Origin: Bacteroidia bacterium
Lineage (GTDB): Bacteria > Bacteroidota > Bacteroidia > SpSt-205
Direction: 5' to 3'
DNA length: 64,000 nucleotides
Assembly: GCA_025059535.1 (NCBI GenBank)
Contig: JANXCX010000006.1
Coordinates: forward strand, 10,913 to 74,912
Under the pieces are notes generated by a model. That model did not search any database, was not told the DNA's origin, and worked only from the letters and a program-made list of their open reading frames with translations. Every line of letters starts with the position of its first letter. The stretch's first letter is position 1. The position numbers were made by a program, and so were the translations under genes. Shown here one piece after another: positions 37,673 through 47,107 of this stretch.

Positions 37673-37962
37673 TGGCTATCTGGCGATGGGTAGAACTTCC
37701 TATCCAAGCTGAAAGCGCAGAGTTTGTGCAGGGCCTGCTGGCCCAGCACGCCCCCAAGGTACGCGCGTTTCCGGGCTGCCAGGCCCTCTATCTCTACGTC
37801 GGCGAAGGCCCTACCTTTTACTCCTTCAGCGAATGGGCTACCTCCACCGATTTAGAAGCTTACCGCCAGAGCCCACTCTTTCGGACTTTCTGGGCGCAGC
37901 TCCGACCGCATTTTCGGGCGCGCCCGCGCGCCTTTAGCCTCACCCTTCTTGCCCGCTACTGA
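37672..37962 (+). CDS. ABM (antibiotic biosynthesis monooxygenase) domain protein
   Basis: FPGCQALYLYVGEGPTFYSFSEWATSTDLEAYRQSPLFRTFW matches the ABM ferredoxin-like fold pattern. 96 aa. TGATG-coupled on both sides. Confidence 0.55.
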   Translation: MAIWRWVELPIQAESAEFVQGLLAQHAPKVRAFPGCQALYLYVGEGPTFYSFSEWATSTDLEAYRQSPLFRTFWAQLRPHFRARPRAFSLTLLARY

Positions 37963-39053
37963 TGCCTTGGCGCCTCTACCGTCGGCCCATCTTAGCGAAC
38001 TACTACCTAACCTACCGCTGTAACGCCGCTTGCTCCTTCTGTAATATCTGGCAAAAGCCCTCGCCTTACGCCGATGTGCCTACGGTACTTGAAAACCTAC
38101 GCGCCCTTCGCCGGCTGGGCGTGCGGATTATTGACTTTACAGGGGGGGAGCCGCTCCTTCATAGAGCCCTTCCCCTTTTCTTAGAGGCGGCTCAGCGCTT
38201 AGGCTTTCTCACCACCGTAACAACTAATGGCCTTCTCTACCCCAAGCGGGCCCAGGAGCTCCGCGGCAAGATAGACCTCCTCCATTTCTCGCTGGATGCC
38301 GCCTCACCAGCAGTCCATAATACCTTACGCGGGGGCGTTCCCTGCTTTGAATTCATCCAGGAAAGCCTGAAAATAGCTCAAAGACTTGGTGAAAAGCCTG
38401 ATATCCTCTTCACCGTTTCTGACAAAAACTGGCAGGATATAGAGGAAGTCTATGCCAGATTTGTGCGGCCTTACGGGCTTATCCTGATACTCAATCCTAT
38501 TTTTGCTTATAGCGAGGTGGGTACAAATAGCCTTTCGCCTGAGGTGGTGGCGTTTCTTCGTCAGTGGGCGCGCAAGAAAGCCGATGTCTACCTCAACGAA
38601 GCCTTTCTGCGGCTGCGTGCGGCTGGCGGGAATAGCGCCTACCGGCCCGTATGCCGGGCCAGCTCCGTAGCCGTAGTAATTTCGCCGGATAATCAGCTGC
38701 TGCTTCCCTGCTACCACGCGCAGGAGCGTGGCTATGCCTTCCCTATAAATGGGCAGTTGGAAAAGCTATATTATAGCCCGCCCGTGCGGCACCTGCGGGC
38801 CTTAGAGGGGCGATTTAGCTTTTGCCAGGGGTGTGCTATCAATTGCTATATGGAGCCCAGCTTTGCGGTAGAGCTTAGCCCGTACTTTTGGGCTTCCCTA
38901 CCCAGTACGCTTCGGTATTTGCGCCGAAAATGGGGGCTTTCGGGCGTGCTACGACTTTGGTGGCGCGTAACTTTTCCGACTGGCTGGCCCTCAGCGGATA
39001 AGCTGGAAGCGCTCACCCAGGTAAACCCGCCGCACCTCGGGGTCCTGCGCTAG
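37962..39053 (+). CDS. Radical SAM protein with a C-terminal SPASM/twitch domain
   Basis: [16 protein letters not shown] (CxxxCxxC) and C-terminal Cys clusters C..(20)..C and CQGCAINC. 363 aa. Confidence 0.75.
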   Translation: MPWRLYRRPILANYYLTYRCNAACSFCNIWQKPSPYADVPTVLENLRALRRLGVRIIDFTGGEPLLHRALPLFLEAAQRLGFLTTVTTNGLLYPKRAQELRGKIDLLHFSLDAASPAVHNTLRGGVPCFEFIQESLKIAQRLGEKPDILFTVSDKNWQDIEEVYARFVRPYGLILILNPIFAYSEVGTNSLSPEVVAFLRQWARKKADVYLNEAFLRLRAAGGNSAYRPVCRASSVAVVISPDNQLLLPCYHAQERGYAFPINGQLEKLYYSPPVRHLRALEGRFSFCQGCAINCYMEPSFAVELSPYFWASLPSTLRYLRRKWGLSGVLRLWWRVTFPTGWPSADKLEALTQVNPPHLGVLR

Positions 39054-39719
39054 AGCCTCGGCGGCCCCCTCTCGCAGGATCCGACCCCCATGGAGAAGGT
39101 AGGCTCGCTGCGTAATGCTTAGGGTCTCATGCACATTGTGGTCGGTGATAAGAATGCCTATGCCCCGTTGGGCCAGCCGCACAATAATCCCTTGTATCTC
39201 TTCTACCGCAATCGGATCTACACCTGCAAAGGGCTCATCCAGAAGCAGGAAACGCGGTTCTACGGCTAGGGCACGCGCAATTTCGGTTCGGCGGCGCTCT
39301 CCCCCCGAAAGCTGCTGGCCCAGTGAATGCCGAACCCGCTGCAGGCTAAACTCCTCCAAAAGCGCCTCTATGCGCTCCTGAATCTGCTTTCGGCTCAACC
39401 CCGGGCGCAGCTCAAGCACCGTACGCAAATTATCCTCTACACTCATGCGCCGAAATACCGAAGCCTCTTGGGGCAGGTAGCCAATGCCCATTTGGGCTCG
39501 CTTGTACATGGGCAAGTGAGTGAGGCGCGTCTCCCCCAAGTAAATCTCGCCCGCATCCGGCCGAATAAAGCCTACAATCATATAGAAGGTTGTAGTTTTT
39601 CCAGCGCCATTAGGGCCCAGCAGCCCCACAATCTCTCCCGGCGCCAGCTGAAGGGAGACGTGATCCACTACCTTACGCTTGCCGTAGGTTTTCTGGAGGT
39701 TTTCGGCGCGCAGAAGCAT
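38991..39719 (-). CDS. lptB: LPS export ABC transporter ATP-binding protein
   Basis: [12 protein letters not shown] Walker A, LSGGERRR signature, and LptB-type C-terminal tail. 63-nt convergent overlap with the rSAM gene. Confidence 0.85.
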   Translation of the reverse strand: MLLRAENLQKTYGKRKVVDHVSLQLAPGEIVGLLGPNGAGKTTTFYMIVGFIRPDAGEIYLGETRLTHLPMYKRAQMGIGYLPQEASVFRRMSVEDNLRTVLELRPGLSRKQIQERIEALLEEFSLQRVRHSLGQQLSGGERRRTEIARALAVEPRFLLLDEPFAGVDPIAVEEIQGIIVRLAQRGIGILITDHNVHETLSITQRAYLLHGGRILREGAAEALAQDPEVRRVYLGERFQLIR

Positions 39720-39722
39720 AGG

Positions 39723-39730
39723 CAAAAATA
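39723..39730 (-). promoter_or_regulatory. -7 box TATTTTTG, 3 nt upstream of the lptB ATG (39717-39719)
   Basis: Minus strand reads TATTTTTGcctATG. Divergent from the carB promoter. Confidence 0.4.
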
Positions 39731-39753
39731 AGCGCCGAGGCCCTGGGGTAGGC

Positions 39754-39761
39754 TACCTTTG
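39754..39761 (+). promoter_or_regulatory. -7 box TACCTTTG, 4 nt upstream of the carB GTG start
   Basis: TACCTTTGtagcGTG. Confidence 0.4.
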
Positions 39762-39765
39762 TAGC

Positions 39766-42582
39766 GTGGCACACCTCCTCATCCTGGGCAGCGGGCCTAT
39801 TGTAATCGGGCAGGCGGCGGAGTTTGACTATTCGGGCTCGCAGGCGGCCCGCGCCTTGCGCGCCGAGGGCTATACGGTTCATCTCCTCAATTCCAACCCT
39901 GCCACGATTATGACCGACCCTATTACGGCCGATTATGTGCATCTCCTTCCGCTCACGCCAGAGAGCGTGGAGACTATTCTTCAACGCTACCCTATAGAGG
40001 CGGTGCTCCCTACGATGGGCGGGCAGACAGCCCTCAATTTAGCCATGGAATGTGCCCGATTAGGTCTCTGGGAGCGGTACGGGGTGCGGGTAATAGGAGC
40101 CTCTCTGCTTGCCATAGAGATAGCCGAGGATAGGGAGAAGTTTCGGCGGTGGGGCGAAAGTTTGGGCCTTCCCATGCTGCCAGCCGGCGTAGCCCGCTCC
40201 TATTTAGAGGCTAAGGATTTAGCTCAGCGCATAGGGTATCCTGTAGTGCTGCGGCCCTCCTTTACTCTGGGCGGTGCTGGCGCCCAAATCGTCCACAACA
40301 AAAGCGAGCTGGAACGCGCCATCGGCCGCGCGCTGGCTCTCAGCCCCATCCATGAAGTACTTGTAGAAAAAAGCGTAGCTGGCTGGAAGGAATTTGAACT
40401 TGAAGTCATGCGCGATAAAGATGGCAACTTTATCGTGGTCTGTACCATAGAAAACCTTGATCCCATGGGCATCCATACAGGCGACTCCATTACGGTTGCG
40501 CCAGCGCTTACTCTCCCCGACTACCTCATGCAGCGCATGCGGAATTACGCCAAAAAGCTTTTGGGCTCTTTTTCGGATTTCGCCGGCGGCTGTAATGTGC
40601 AATTTGCCCTTAGCCCCCATTCGGATGAGCTGTGCGTGATAGAAATCAATCCGCGCGTGTCCCGCTCTTCGGCCCTGGCCTCCAAGGCTACAGGCTATCC
40701 TATTGCGCGTATTGCGGCCCTTTTAGCCGTAGGTAAGCGGCTGGATGAAATCACCAATCCCATCACGGGCACTACTTCGGCTTTCTTTGAGCCTAGTTTG
40801 GATTATGTAGTGGTCAAGGTGCCCCGTTGGAATTTTGACAAGTTTCCGGGAGCCAATCGCCAGCTTGGGATGCAAATGCGCAGCGTTGGCGAGGCGATGG
40901 GGATTGGCCGCTCCTTTATAGAGGCCTTGCAAAAGGCTATTCAGTCCTTAGAGCTGCGACGGAACGGACTGGGCGCCGATGGCCGCGAGGTACAGGACTT
41001 AGCTCAGCTGCTGCATAGCCTAGAGCATCCCTCCTGGCACCGCATATTCCATATCCACGACGCAATTTTAGCGGGCATTCCCCTACGCACCATCCACAAG
41101 CTCACGGGCATAGATGAATGGTTTCTCCATGAGATTCAGGCGCTGGTGGAGCTAGAGCGGGAGCTGAGCCAGCATACTTTGGAAACTCTTACACCAGACC
41201 TTCTCTGGAGAGCCAAACAAATGGGCTTGGGCGATCGCCAGATTGCCCATCTAGTCCAGGCCTTGGAAAGCCAGGTATATGCCCTACGGCAAAAATGGGG
41301 CATACGGCGGGTCTACAAGCGCGTGGACACCTGTGCGGCCGAGTTTGAAGCTCAAACGCCCTACTACTACTCTACCTTTGAGCCTCAGGGGGAGGATGAA
41401 GGGGTTACCTTTCCCGCGGTCCACGTAGGTAAGCCGCGCCTTCTTATCCTGGGCTCAGGCCCTAACCGAATCGGCCAAGGCATAGAATTTGACTATTGCT
41501 GCGTACATGGCGCCTTAGCCGCCCGGCAGCTAGGCTATGAAGCCCTCATGCTCAACTGCAACCCCGAAACCGTCTCCACCGACCCCGACATCTCAGACCG
41601 ACTCTACTTTGAGCCTGTCTTTTGGGAGCATGTGTATGAGGTGATAGAGCGCGAAAAGCCAATAGGCGTAGTAGTTCAGCTGGGTGGTCAGACCCCGCTC
41701 AAACTTGCCGAAAAGCTTCACCGGTACGGCATACCGCTCATCGGAACCTCATACGAAAGCATTGATATTTCGGAGGACCGGGGGAAGTTCTCGGAACTTT
41801 TACGGGATTTGGGCATTCCCTATCCGCCTTTTGGCGTAGTACGCAGCCCCGATGAAGCCTTAGCGCTGGCGGAAAAGCTCGGCTATCCCGTTTTAGTGCG
41901 CCCCAGCTATGTACTGGGTGGGCAGCACATGCGCATCGTGGTGGATGAGGAGGAGCTAGTAGAGCAAATCGTAGCCATCCTGCGCAATATGCCCGGCAAC
42001 CGCATTCTGATAGATCGCTTCCTATATGGGGCTATTGAGGCCGAGCTGGATGCCCTTTCGGACGGCGAAGCCATAGGCGTGATGGGGATTATGGAGCACA
42101 TTGAGCCGGTGGGGGTACATTCAGGCGACTCTACGGCGGTACTGCCCCCCTTCTCCCTTTCGCCCGAGAAGCAGGCCCTCATGCGCCACTATGCCGAACA
42201 AATCGCCCGGGCCCTGAATGTTAGGGGCTTTATAAATGTCCAGTATGCCATTCACGAGGAGACGGTCTACGTGATAGAAGCGAATCTGCGCGCCTCTCGC
42301 ACGGTACCTTTTCTCTGCAAGGCCCAAGATAAGCCTTTCGTCCAGTGGGCGATGGAAATCCTTCTGGGGCACAAGCGGATACGGGATTTCAATTTTCCCA
42401 GCTCGCGTCGCCGCTATGCGCTCAAGCTGCCTGTGTTTTCGTTTGACCGTTTCCCTGAAGTAGAGAAAACGCTAGGCCCTGAGATGCGCTCTACGGGGGA
42501 GGAGATCCGCTTCATAGAAGGGCTGGACGATCCGCTCTTTCAAAAGCTTTATGCGCAGCGCAGCCTTTACCTGAGCCGATAA
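39766..42582 (+). CDS. carB: Carbamoyl-phosphate synthase large subunit
   Basis: Duplicated ATP-grasp halves (ILGSGPIVIGQAAEFDYSGSQA and LILGSGPNRIGQGIEFDYCCVH). 938 aa. Confidence 0.95.
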   Translation: MAHLLILGSGPIVIGQAAEFDYSGSQAARALRAEGYTVHLLNSNPATIMTDPITADYVHLLPLTPESVETILQRYPIEAVLPTMGGQTALNLAMECARLGLWERYGVRVIGASLLAIEIAEDREKFRRWGESLGLPMLPAGVARSYLEAKDLAQRIGYPVVLRPSFTLGGAGAQIVHNKSELERAIGRALALSPIHEVLVEKSVAGWKEFELEVMRDKDGNFIVVCTIENLDPMGIHTGDSITVAPALTLPDYLMQRMRNYAKKLLGSFSDFAGGCNVQFALSPHSDELCVIEINPRVSRSSALASKATGYPIARIAALLAVGKRLDEITNPITGTTSAFFEPSLDYVVVKVPRWNFDKFPGANRQLGMQMRSVGEAMGIGRSFIEALQKAIQSLELRRNGLGADGREVQDLAQLLHSLEHPSWHRIFHIHDAILAGIPLRTIHKLTGIDEWFLHEIQALVELERELSQHTLETLTPDLLWRAKQMGLGDRQIAHLVQALESQVYALRQKWGIRRVYKRVDTCAAEFEAQTPYYYSTFEPQGEDEGVTFPAVHVGKPRLLILGSGPNRIGQGIEFDYCCVHGALAARQLGYEALMLNCNPETVSTDPDISDRLYFEPVFWEHVYEVIEREKPIGVVVQLGGQTPLKLAEKLHRYGIPLIGTSYESIDISEDRGKFSELLRDLGIPYPPFGVVRSPDEALALAEKLGYPVLVRPSYVLGGQHMRIVVDEEELVEQIVAILRNMPGNRILIDRFLYGAIEAELDALSDGEAIGVMGIMEHIEPVGVHSGDSTAVLPPFSLSPEKQALMRHYAEQIARALNVRGFINVQYAIHEETVYVIEANLRASRTVPFLCKAQDKPFVQWAMEILLGHKRIRDFNFPSSRRRYALKLPVFSFDRFPEVEKTLGPEMRSTGEEIRFIEGLDDPLFQKLYAQRSLYLSR

Positions 42583-42588
42583 AAAACG

Positions 42589-43587
42589 CTATAGGTTCCA
42601 AGTGTGGATTATGAGTTGCCACCCGCGGGCAGCCCGCTGAAGCTCCTTAGCCGAGAGCGTGGGTATAGCGGTAGGTAGCTGGGGAATTTGCCAGAGGCAG
42701 GCCCACCACCCCGCAAGGAGAAAGTTTTCCGCCCGGTGAAGCCAAGTAAAGAAAGCCGGTAGGCGCTGGGGCGAAGGGCAAAAGGGGCGGCTGAGAAAAT
42801 CCTGGGCGGCTTGCTGGGTAGCGTACGGCAGCCCTGTTTCTATCCAGAGTTCTACACCTTTCATAAAGGGCACCCACTGCGCCTGGCAGGCTATTTGACG
42901 CTCGGCACAGAGATAGTGTAGGAGGGCGTCGGCCTGCTGCCATAAAGCTGCCCAAACCGCTAAAGAAGGAGAGCCGCTCAGCTGCCAGCGTATATAAACC
43001 ACCCCGGGCCCCTGATGAGCGGGCGAAGAAAGGGCAGGAGGTGGCTGCGGAGGCCAATACAGCTCTGAGACTCCGCCCGCTGCTATCTCCTGCGCCAAAT
43101 GCAAAAGCGGTGTAGGGATTTTTCCCCGCAGCACGCCTCTTACCCCTCCAGCTTGCCAGTAGCGTGTGAAGTACTGAGTGAGTGCCAGAGGCGATAAATC
43201 CACGGGCAAAGTATCCTCATAGGCTATTTGAAAGCCGCGGTTGAGTTCGGGCGGACTTTCTGCTATAGGTATAGCATTCTGCTGAAGGCGCTGGGGAAAG
43301 CGCTGAATAGCCCCGCGCAGGACATGGAAAAGAGTAAAAAGGCCTTCGGGGGTGGCTTCGCCTTCAAGGCAGACCCACTGGCCACGGCGCTGGAATCTAT
43401 ACCGCACCCCATGGGTATAGGCCACCTGGCGCAGGACCGAGTCCCCAAAAAGGCCCTCCACCACGGTGCGAGCTACGGCCTCCCCATGCCCATGCTCTAA
43501 AGGGTGAAAAAGAAGCCACTGAACATACCCCGTTTCTTGGGTATAGGCGCAGAGCGCTTGCGCCCACAGGCTTAGCAGCGAAAACAT
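42589..43587 (-). CDS. Hypothetical protein, possibly a divergent M16 (insulinase)-like domain retaining HxxEH
   Basis: HPLEH near the N-terminus followed by an M16-like stretch. W-rich. Start overlaps the upstream stop by 16 nt. Confidence 0.25.
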   Translation of the reverse strand: MFSLLSLWAQALCAYTQETGYVQWLLFHPLEHGHGEAVARTVVEGLFGDSVLRQVAYTHGVRYRFQRRGQWVCLEGEATPEGLFTLFHVLRGAIQRFPQRLQQNAIPIAESPPELNRGFQIAYEDTLPVDLSPLALTQYFTRYWQAGGVRGVLRGKIPTPLLHLAQEIAAGGVSELYWPPQPPPALSSPAHQGPGVVYIRWQLSGSPSLAVWAALWQQADALLHYLCAERQIACQAQWVPFMKGVELWIETGLPYATQQAAQDFLSRPFCPSPQRLPAFFTWLHRAENFLLAGWWACLWQIPQLPTAIPTLSAKELQRAARGWQLIIHTWNL

Positions 43588-45017
43588 CGGAACCGAATGG
43601 CTTTTGGGGGAAAGCCCACAGGCAAAGGGCGGAGGTAGATCTCAAGGGCTTCAGGCGGAATCTGGTGGGTTCGGATAAGTTCCAGCCGAAGCTGGTGAAG
43701 GTACTCAGTAAGGCGCTTGCGCTCGCGCACCGTGCGATAATACGCGCTAAGTTCGCAGGGTCGGCGGCAGGGCGGCTTCCAAAAGAGTCGGAAAGCGGCC
43801 GCCCATTCCCCTAAAGGCGGTAGGCCAGGCCCTGTCCAGAGGAAATCGGGCACGGCTGCCGCAGGCGGACGCGCAGGAGGCGGCGTAGAGACCAACGTAT
43901 CTAAGGCTAAGGTTTCGTTCCCTATCCATACCCCGCGCGCCCTAAAGGGCCAGCCGTTCCGCCAGACCTGAGCGGGAAGGGTGTCCATGAGCCTCAACGT
44001 ATCCCCCATCAGCACCGGCGTAATCCAAAGATCCGGATATTCCTCAGGATGGGCGCACACCTTGCGAAAAAAGAGCTCAAACGCGGCCTGCCACGCCTGC
44101 GCCTCTAAGGAGTCTTGCGCCGTCAGCGTGCTCAGGCGACGAAGGAAGGCGTAACTGCGTCCATCTAAGCGCGCCTGAAGCAGCAGGTGCGTCCTATCCC
44201 TTAGATGCAGGGACCACTGGAGGGGGGGAGCCTCCCGCTGCCACCGGCTAAGAAAAGCCTCCCGAAACGCTAGCCGCTCCTTCCAATTCAGAGGCCCTTC
44301 CACGAGGAGCCCTACATAGCCCGGGTAAGCCCAGAGGTTTTGTATCAGCGTATCTGGGATGGGAGGCACAGCGAGGGAAGGAAGCGAGTCACTTACTGGC
44401 TTGAGAGGTATCTTCAACGGAAGGCGACCAATTTGGAATTTTTCCCGAAAGGATAAGCTACCTCCAAAAATAACATACAGGGATTCTGGGGCCAGGTAGC
44501 GCTGGATGTAAGCTAGTGCTTGCGGCCAGGCAAGGCTGGGCGGAAGGAGGGGGCTACCTCGCAAAAGCCATTCCACTTCTTGCTTCAAGGCGAAGCCGGT
44601 CCAGGCCTTGGCTGCCCGCTGACGCAGCCGTTGCCAGGCCAAGCTATCCTGAAGGGGAAGGGCCCGCAAGGCGGCATAAAGCCAGCTTACCGCTTCCACC
44701 GCCGCACGGCGCGGTACCGTCAGGCATACCGCTGCCCCTTCCGGCATACTCCAAAGGCTTAAATGCCCGCCCAGATTCCCAAGCTGGCGACGAAGCGCCG
44801 CTGAGGAAGGATTTAGCGTGTCCTCCTGCGCTACTAAGAAGGCTACGATTCGCCCCAGCTCCTGATACGCTGGAGGATGACGCCACGCCAAAGCTACCCA
44901 GAGCAAAGGGCGCTTACTACCCAGCTCAGGAAACGTAACTAAGCGCGGCTTTCCACTCTGTAGTTCAATAACCTGACCGTAAATAAGCCCTAAGAGCCCC
45001 CAGAGGGCGGTACCCAT
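43572..45017 (-). CDS. Hypothetical protein, possibly a degenerate M16-like (non-catalytic) partner
   Basis: GRIVAFLVAQED occupies the position of GxxHFLEH with all zinc ligands replaced. LGNLGGHLSLWS resembles the M16 GGxxNAxT region. 481 aa. Confidence 0.25.
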   Translation of the reverse strand: MGTALWGLLGLIYGQVIELQSGKPRLVTFPELGSKRPLLWVALAWRHPPAYQELGRIVAFLVAQEDTLNPSSAALRRQLGNLGGHLSLWSMPEGAAVCLTVPRRAAVEAVSWLYAALRALPLQDSLAWQRLRQRAAKAWTGFALKQEVEWLLRGSPLLPPSLAWPQALAYIQRYLAPESLYVIFGGSLSFREKFQIGRLPLKIPLKPVSDSLPSLAVPPIPDTLIQNLWAYPGYVGLLVEGPLNWKERLAFREAFLSRWQREAPPLQWSLHLRDRTHLLLQARLDGRSYAFLRRLSTLTAQDSLEAQAWQAAFELFFRKVCAHPEEYPDLWITPVLMGDTLRLMDTLPAQVWRNGWPFRARGVWIGNETLALDTLVSTPPPARPPAAAVPDFLWTGPGLPPLGEWAAAFRLFWKPPCRRPCELSAYYRTVRERKRLTEYLHQLRLELIRTHQIPPEALEIYLRPLPVGFPPKAIRFRCFRC

Positions 45018-46561
45018 GCCAGCTGAAGCTGAAGCCGACGACCATAACTGCGTTCAAAGAAGTCCTCCACTTCGGCATATATAGAGCTTAGAAAGCGCGC
45101 CGCACTGGCCTCGGTGGTATCTATGATAAGCTCTACCTGCTTGTCATTCCAACTGCACCGCACTCCGAGGGGATCATGGCGCAAATACTTTGCCAGTTGG
45201 TCGGCCAGGCGCACTAGTGGTGCCAAAAAGCCCACGAGTTTTTTCTGGGCCCGTGGGAGGGCAGCGTAATGGAAGTGTTCGGAGGAGGGAAGACTTTTGC
45301 GATGGTAGCGCACAAGGTTAGCCATAAGTAGCAGCTCCTCCTGCGTAAAGCCCGGCATGGGCGTATTGAGGAGGAGGTAGAGCCCATGTTTATGGTGGCC
45401 GCTGGGATTTATAAAATGGCCAATATCGTGGAGGTACGCCGCATAGGCTAGCCATTCTTTTTCCTGCTTACCCAGGTGGTGGAGGGGTGCCAGAAGGTCA
45501 AAAAGCCTCTCAGCCCAGCGACGCGTTTGCTGAGCATGGAGAAGGGAAAGCTGGTACTTTTGGGCCAAAGCGCTTATGGTACGCTCCCGAAGCGGCTGGG
45601 CGGTCAAACTTGGTAGGCTAAAAAGGCGTCCCGCATACTCATACACTAGCCCTTCCCGTAAGGCATACTCGCTAATCGTAATGGTCTGAATAGGAAAAAG
45701 CTGAAGCACTTCATAAACGAGCGCGGCACCATAGGGCATATAGGGGGCGCGTTCGGCCTGCATCCCCTTAAGCCGCACCCGCTCTATAAGCGGCAGCGTA
45801 GTAAGCTTCTGATAAATGGGATAAAAGCGCATGGGGCTAAAGCGATAGCCGTGCAAAGCCGGCTCACTGGAATCACCGTTGGCGCTATGAGCTATTAGAC
45901 GCCCCAAGGTCTTGAACGTGCCAGCTGTGCCAATAAGGTAACGCACCGGCACCGCTTTTATCGCCTCACGCAGCGGCTCTAAAGTAGTCCGAATGTACCG
46001 ATGCAGCGCCTGGAGCTGAGCGGGTGGAAGAGGATCGGGCTCAGGGAACTGGCGCTGAAGTACGCTTACCCCCAGCGGAAAGCTGTGAAGATAGAGGATT
46101 TCCCCTTTTTGGCCCCAAATGAATTCCACCGAGCCACCGCCGATGTCCATAACGAGGTAGGACTCCTCGGGTAAGGGCAATCCGTGCCGTACCCCTAAAT
46201 GAATGAGGCGCGCTTCTTCTACGCCCGAAAGGATGCGCACTTCTAGGCCCAGCTCGTGGCGGATAGTTTCTTGAAGTAACGCGGCATTCTGCGCAAGGCG
46301 GAAGGCCTCGGTCGCACAGGCTAAAAACACCTCCGCGCCATGTTGGCGAGCCTCTTCCACTAAAGACCGTAATACTTCCACGGCGCGCTGCATACCCGAA
46401 TCGGAAAAAGCTGGCGGCGAGCCTTCCAGCTCCCGCCCCAAAAAGACAAACTCTCGGCGGCGGCGCTCTAAATACACCTCCTGCTGCGCCATATCCAGCC
46501 GAGCCAGCAAAAGATGAAAGGAGTTCGTCCCTAAATCTAAAGCGGCGATACGCTTATGCAT
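44990..46561 (-). CDS. Ppx/GppA family phosphatase with a C-terminal HD domain
   Basis: IAALDLGTNSFHLLLAR actin-like ATPase fold start and AAYLHDIGHFIN HD motif. Start moved to MHKRIAALD. Confidence 0.8.
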   Translation of the reverse strand: MHKRIAALDLGTNSFHLLLARLDMAQQEVYLERRRREFVFLGRELEGSPPAFSDSGMQRAVEVLRSLVEEARQHGAEVFLACATEAFRLAQNAALLQETIRHELGLEVRILSGVEEARLIHLGVRHGLPLPEESYLVMDIGGGSVEFIWGQKGEILYLHSFPLGVSVLQRQFPEPDPLPPAQLQALHRYIRTTLEPLREAIKAVPVRYLIGTAGTFKTLGRLIAHSANGDSSEPALHGYRFSPMRFYPIYQKLTTLPLIERVRLKGMQAERAPYMPYGAALVYEVLQLFPIQTITISEYALREGLVYEYAGRLFSLPSLTAQPLRERTISALAQKYQLSLLHAQQTRRWAERLFDLLAPLHHLGKQEKEWLAYAAYLHDIGHFINPSGHHKHGLYLLLNTPMPGFTQEELLLMANLVRYHRKSLPSSEHFHYAALPRAQKKLVGFLAPLVRLADQLAKYLRHDPLGVRCSWNDKQVELIIDTTEASAARFLSSIYAEVEDFFERSYGRRLQLQLAWVPPSGGS

Positions 46562-47105
46562 GTTTGCCCTCCAAAAGAGCCTGAAGGTAAGCCAGGGCTT
46601 CAGGGGCTTCGTCAAAACGCAGCTCTTGGGTTATGCGCTGAATTTCCCGCCGCTCCTCCCCCGAAATAAGCTCGGCGGTGGTCTCTACGCCCGGCTCTGC
46701 CCGCCGCAAACGCAACAGTAGATTCTTGACAACATCCCCTGTACTGGCAGCCGCAGTCGCGTAAAGAAACTCCGCCTGCTCCTTGTACATCTCGGGATTC
46801 TCCTGAAGGAAGGCGTACAGCACTTCCATGAAGCGGCTCCGCCAAAAAGCCGCATCTATGGCGAGATAGCGAAGCTCCGCCCGCCAGTCCAGCTCTGTAG
46901 GCGAGACCGATTCGTGACGGCAAAGGAAAGCCACGATCTCATCCAGCCGATGCACCTCCGAAATGTCGGTGAAGCCATCCGCTTGGGCTACCAGCACAGC
47001 GGGAAATACGCGAAGAAGGATCTCAAACGCTTTCTGATCCATCTGCAGGCGACGCTCCCGCTGGTAGTCGCTCCATAAGGCGTCGCGCAGCTCAGCATAT
47101 CCCAT
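46554..47105 (-). CDS. Hypothetical protein, TerB-like (low confidence)
   Basis: VAQADGFTDISEVHRLDEIVAFL resembles the TerB/DjlA-N acidic helix motif. 183 aa. Confidence 0.3.
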   Translation of the reverse strand: MGYAELRDALWSDYQRERRLQMDQKAFEILLRVFPAVLVAQADGFTDISEVHRLDEIVAFLCRHESVSPTELDWRAELRYLAIDAAFWRSRFMEVLYAFLQENPEMYKEQAEFLYATAAASTGDVVKNLLLRLRRAEPGVETTAELISGEERREIQRITQELRFDEAPEALAYLQALLEGKHA

Positions 47106-47107
47106 GG

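Noticed and set aside
37377-37757. Antisense ORFs (126 and 77 aa) rich in Arg/Ala/Ser opposite the AsmA repeat tail
   Set aside because: They are the mirror image of the GAG/CGC-rich repeat codons, and the sense strand carries a long conserved-family protein.
42673-42690. HPLEH as an M16 zinc-binding HxxEH motif
   Set aside because: A 5-residue motif can occur by chance. I kept it only as a low-confidence annotation pending structure-based comparison.
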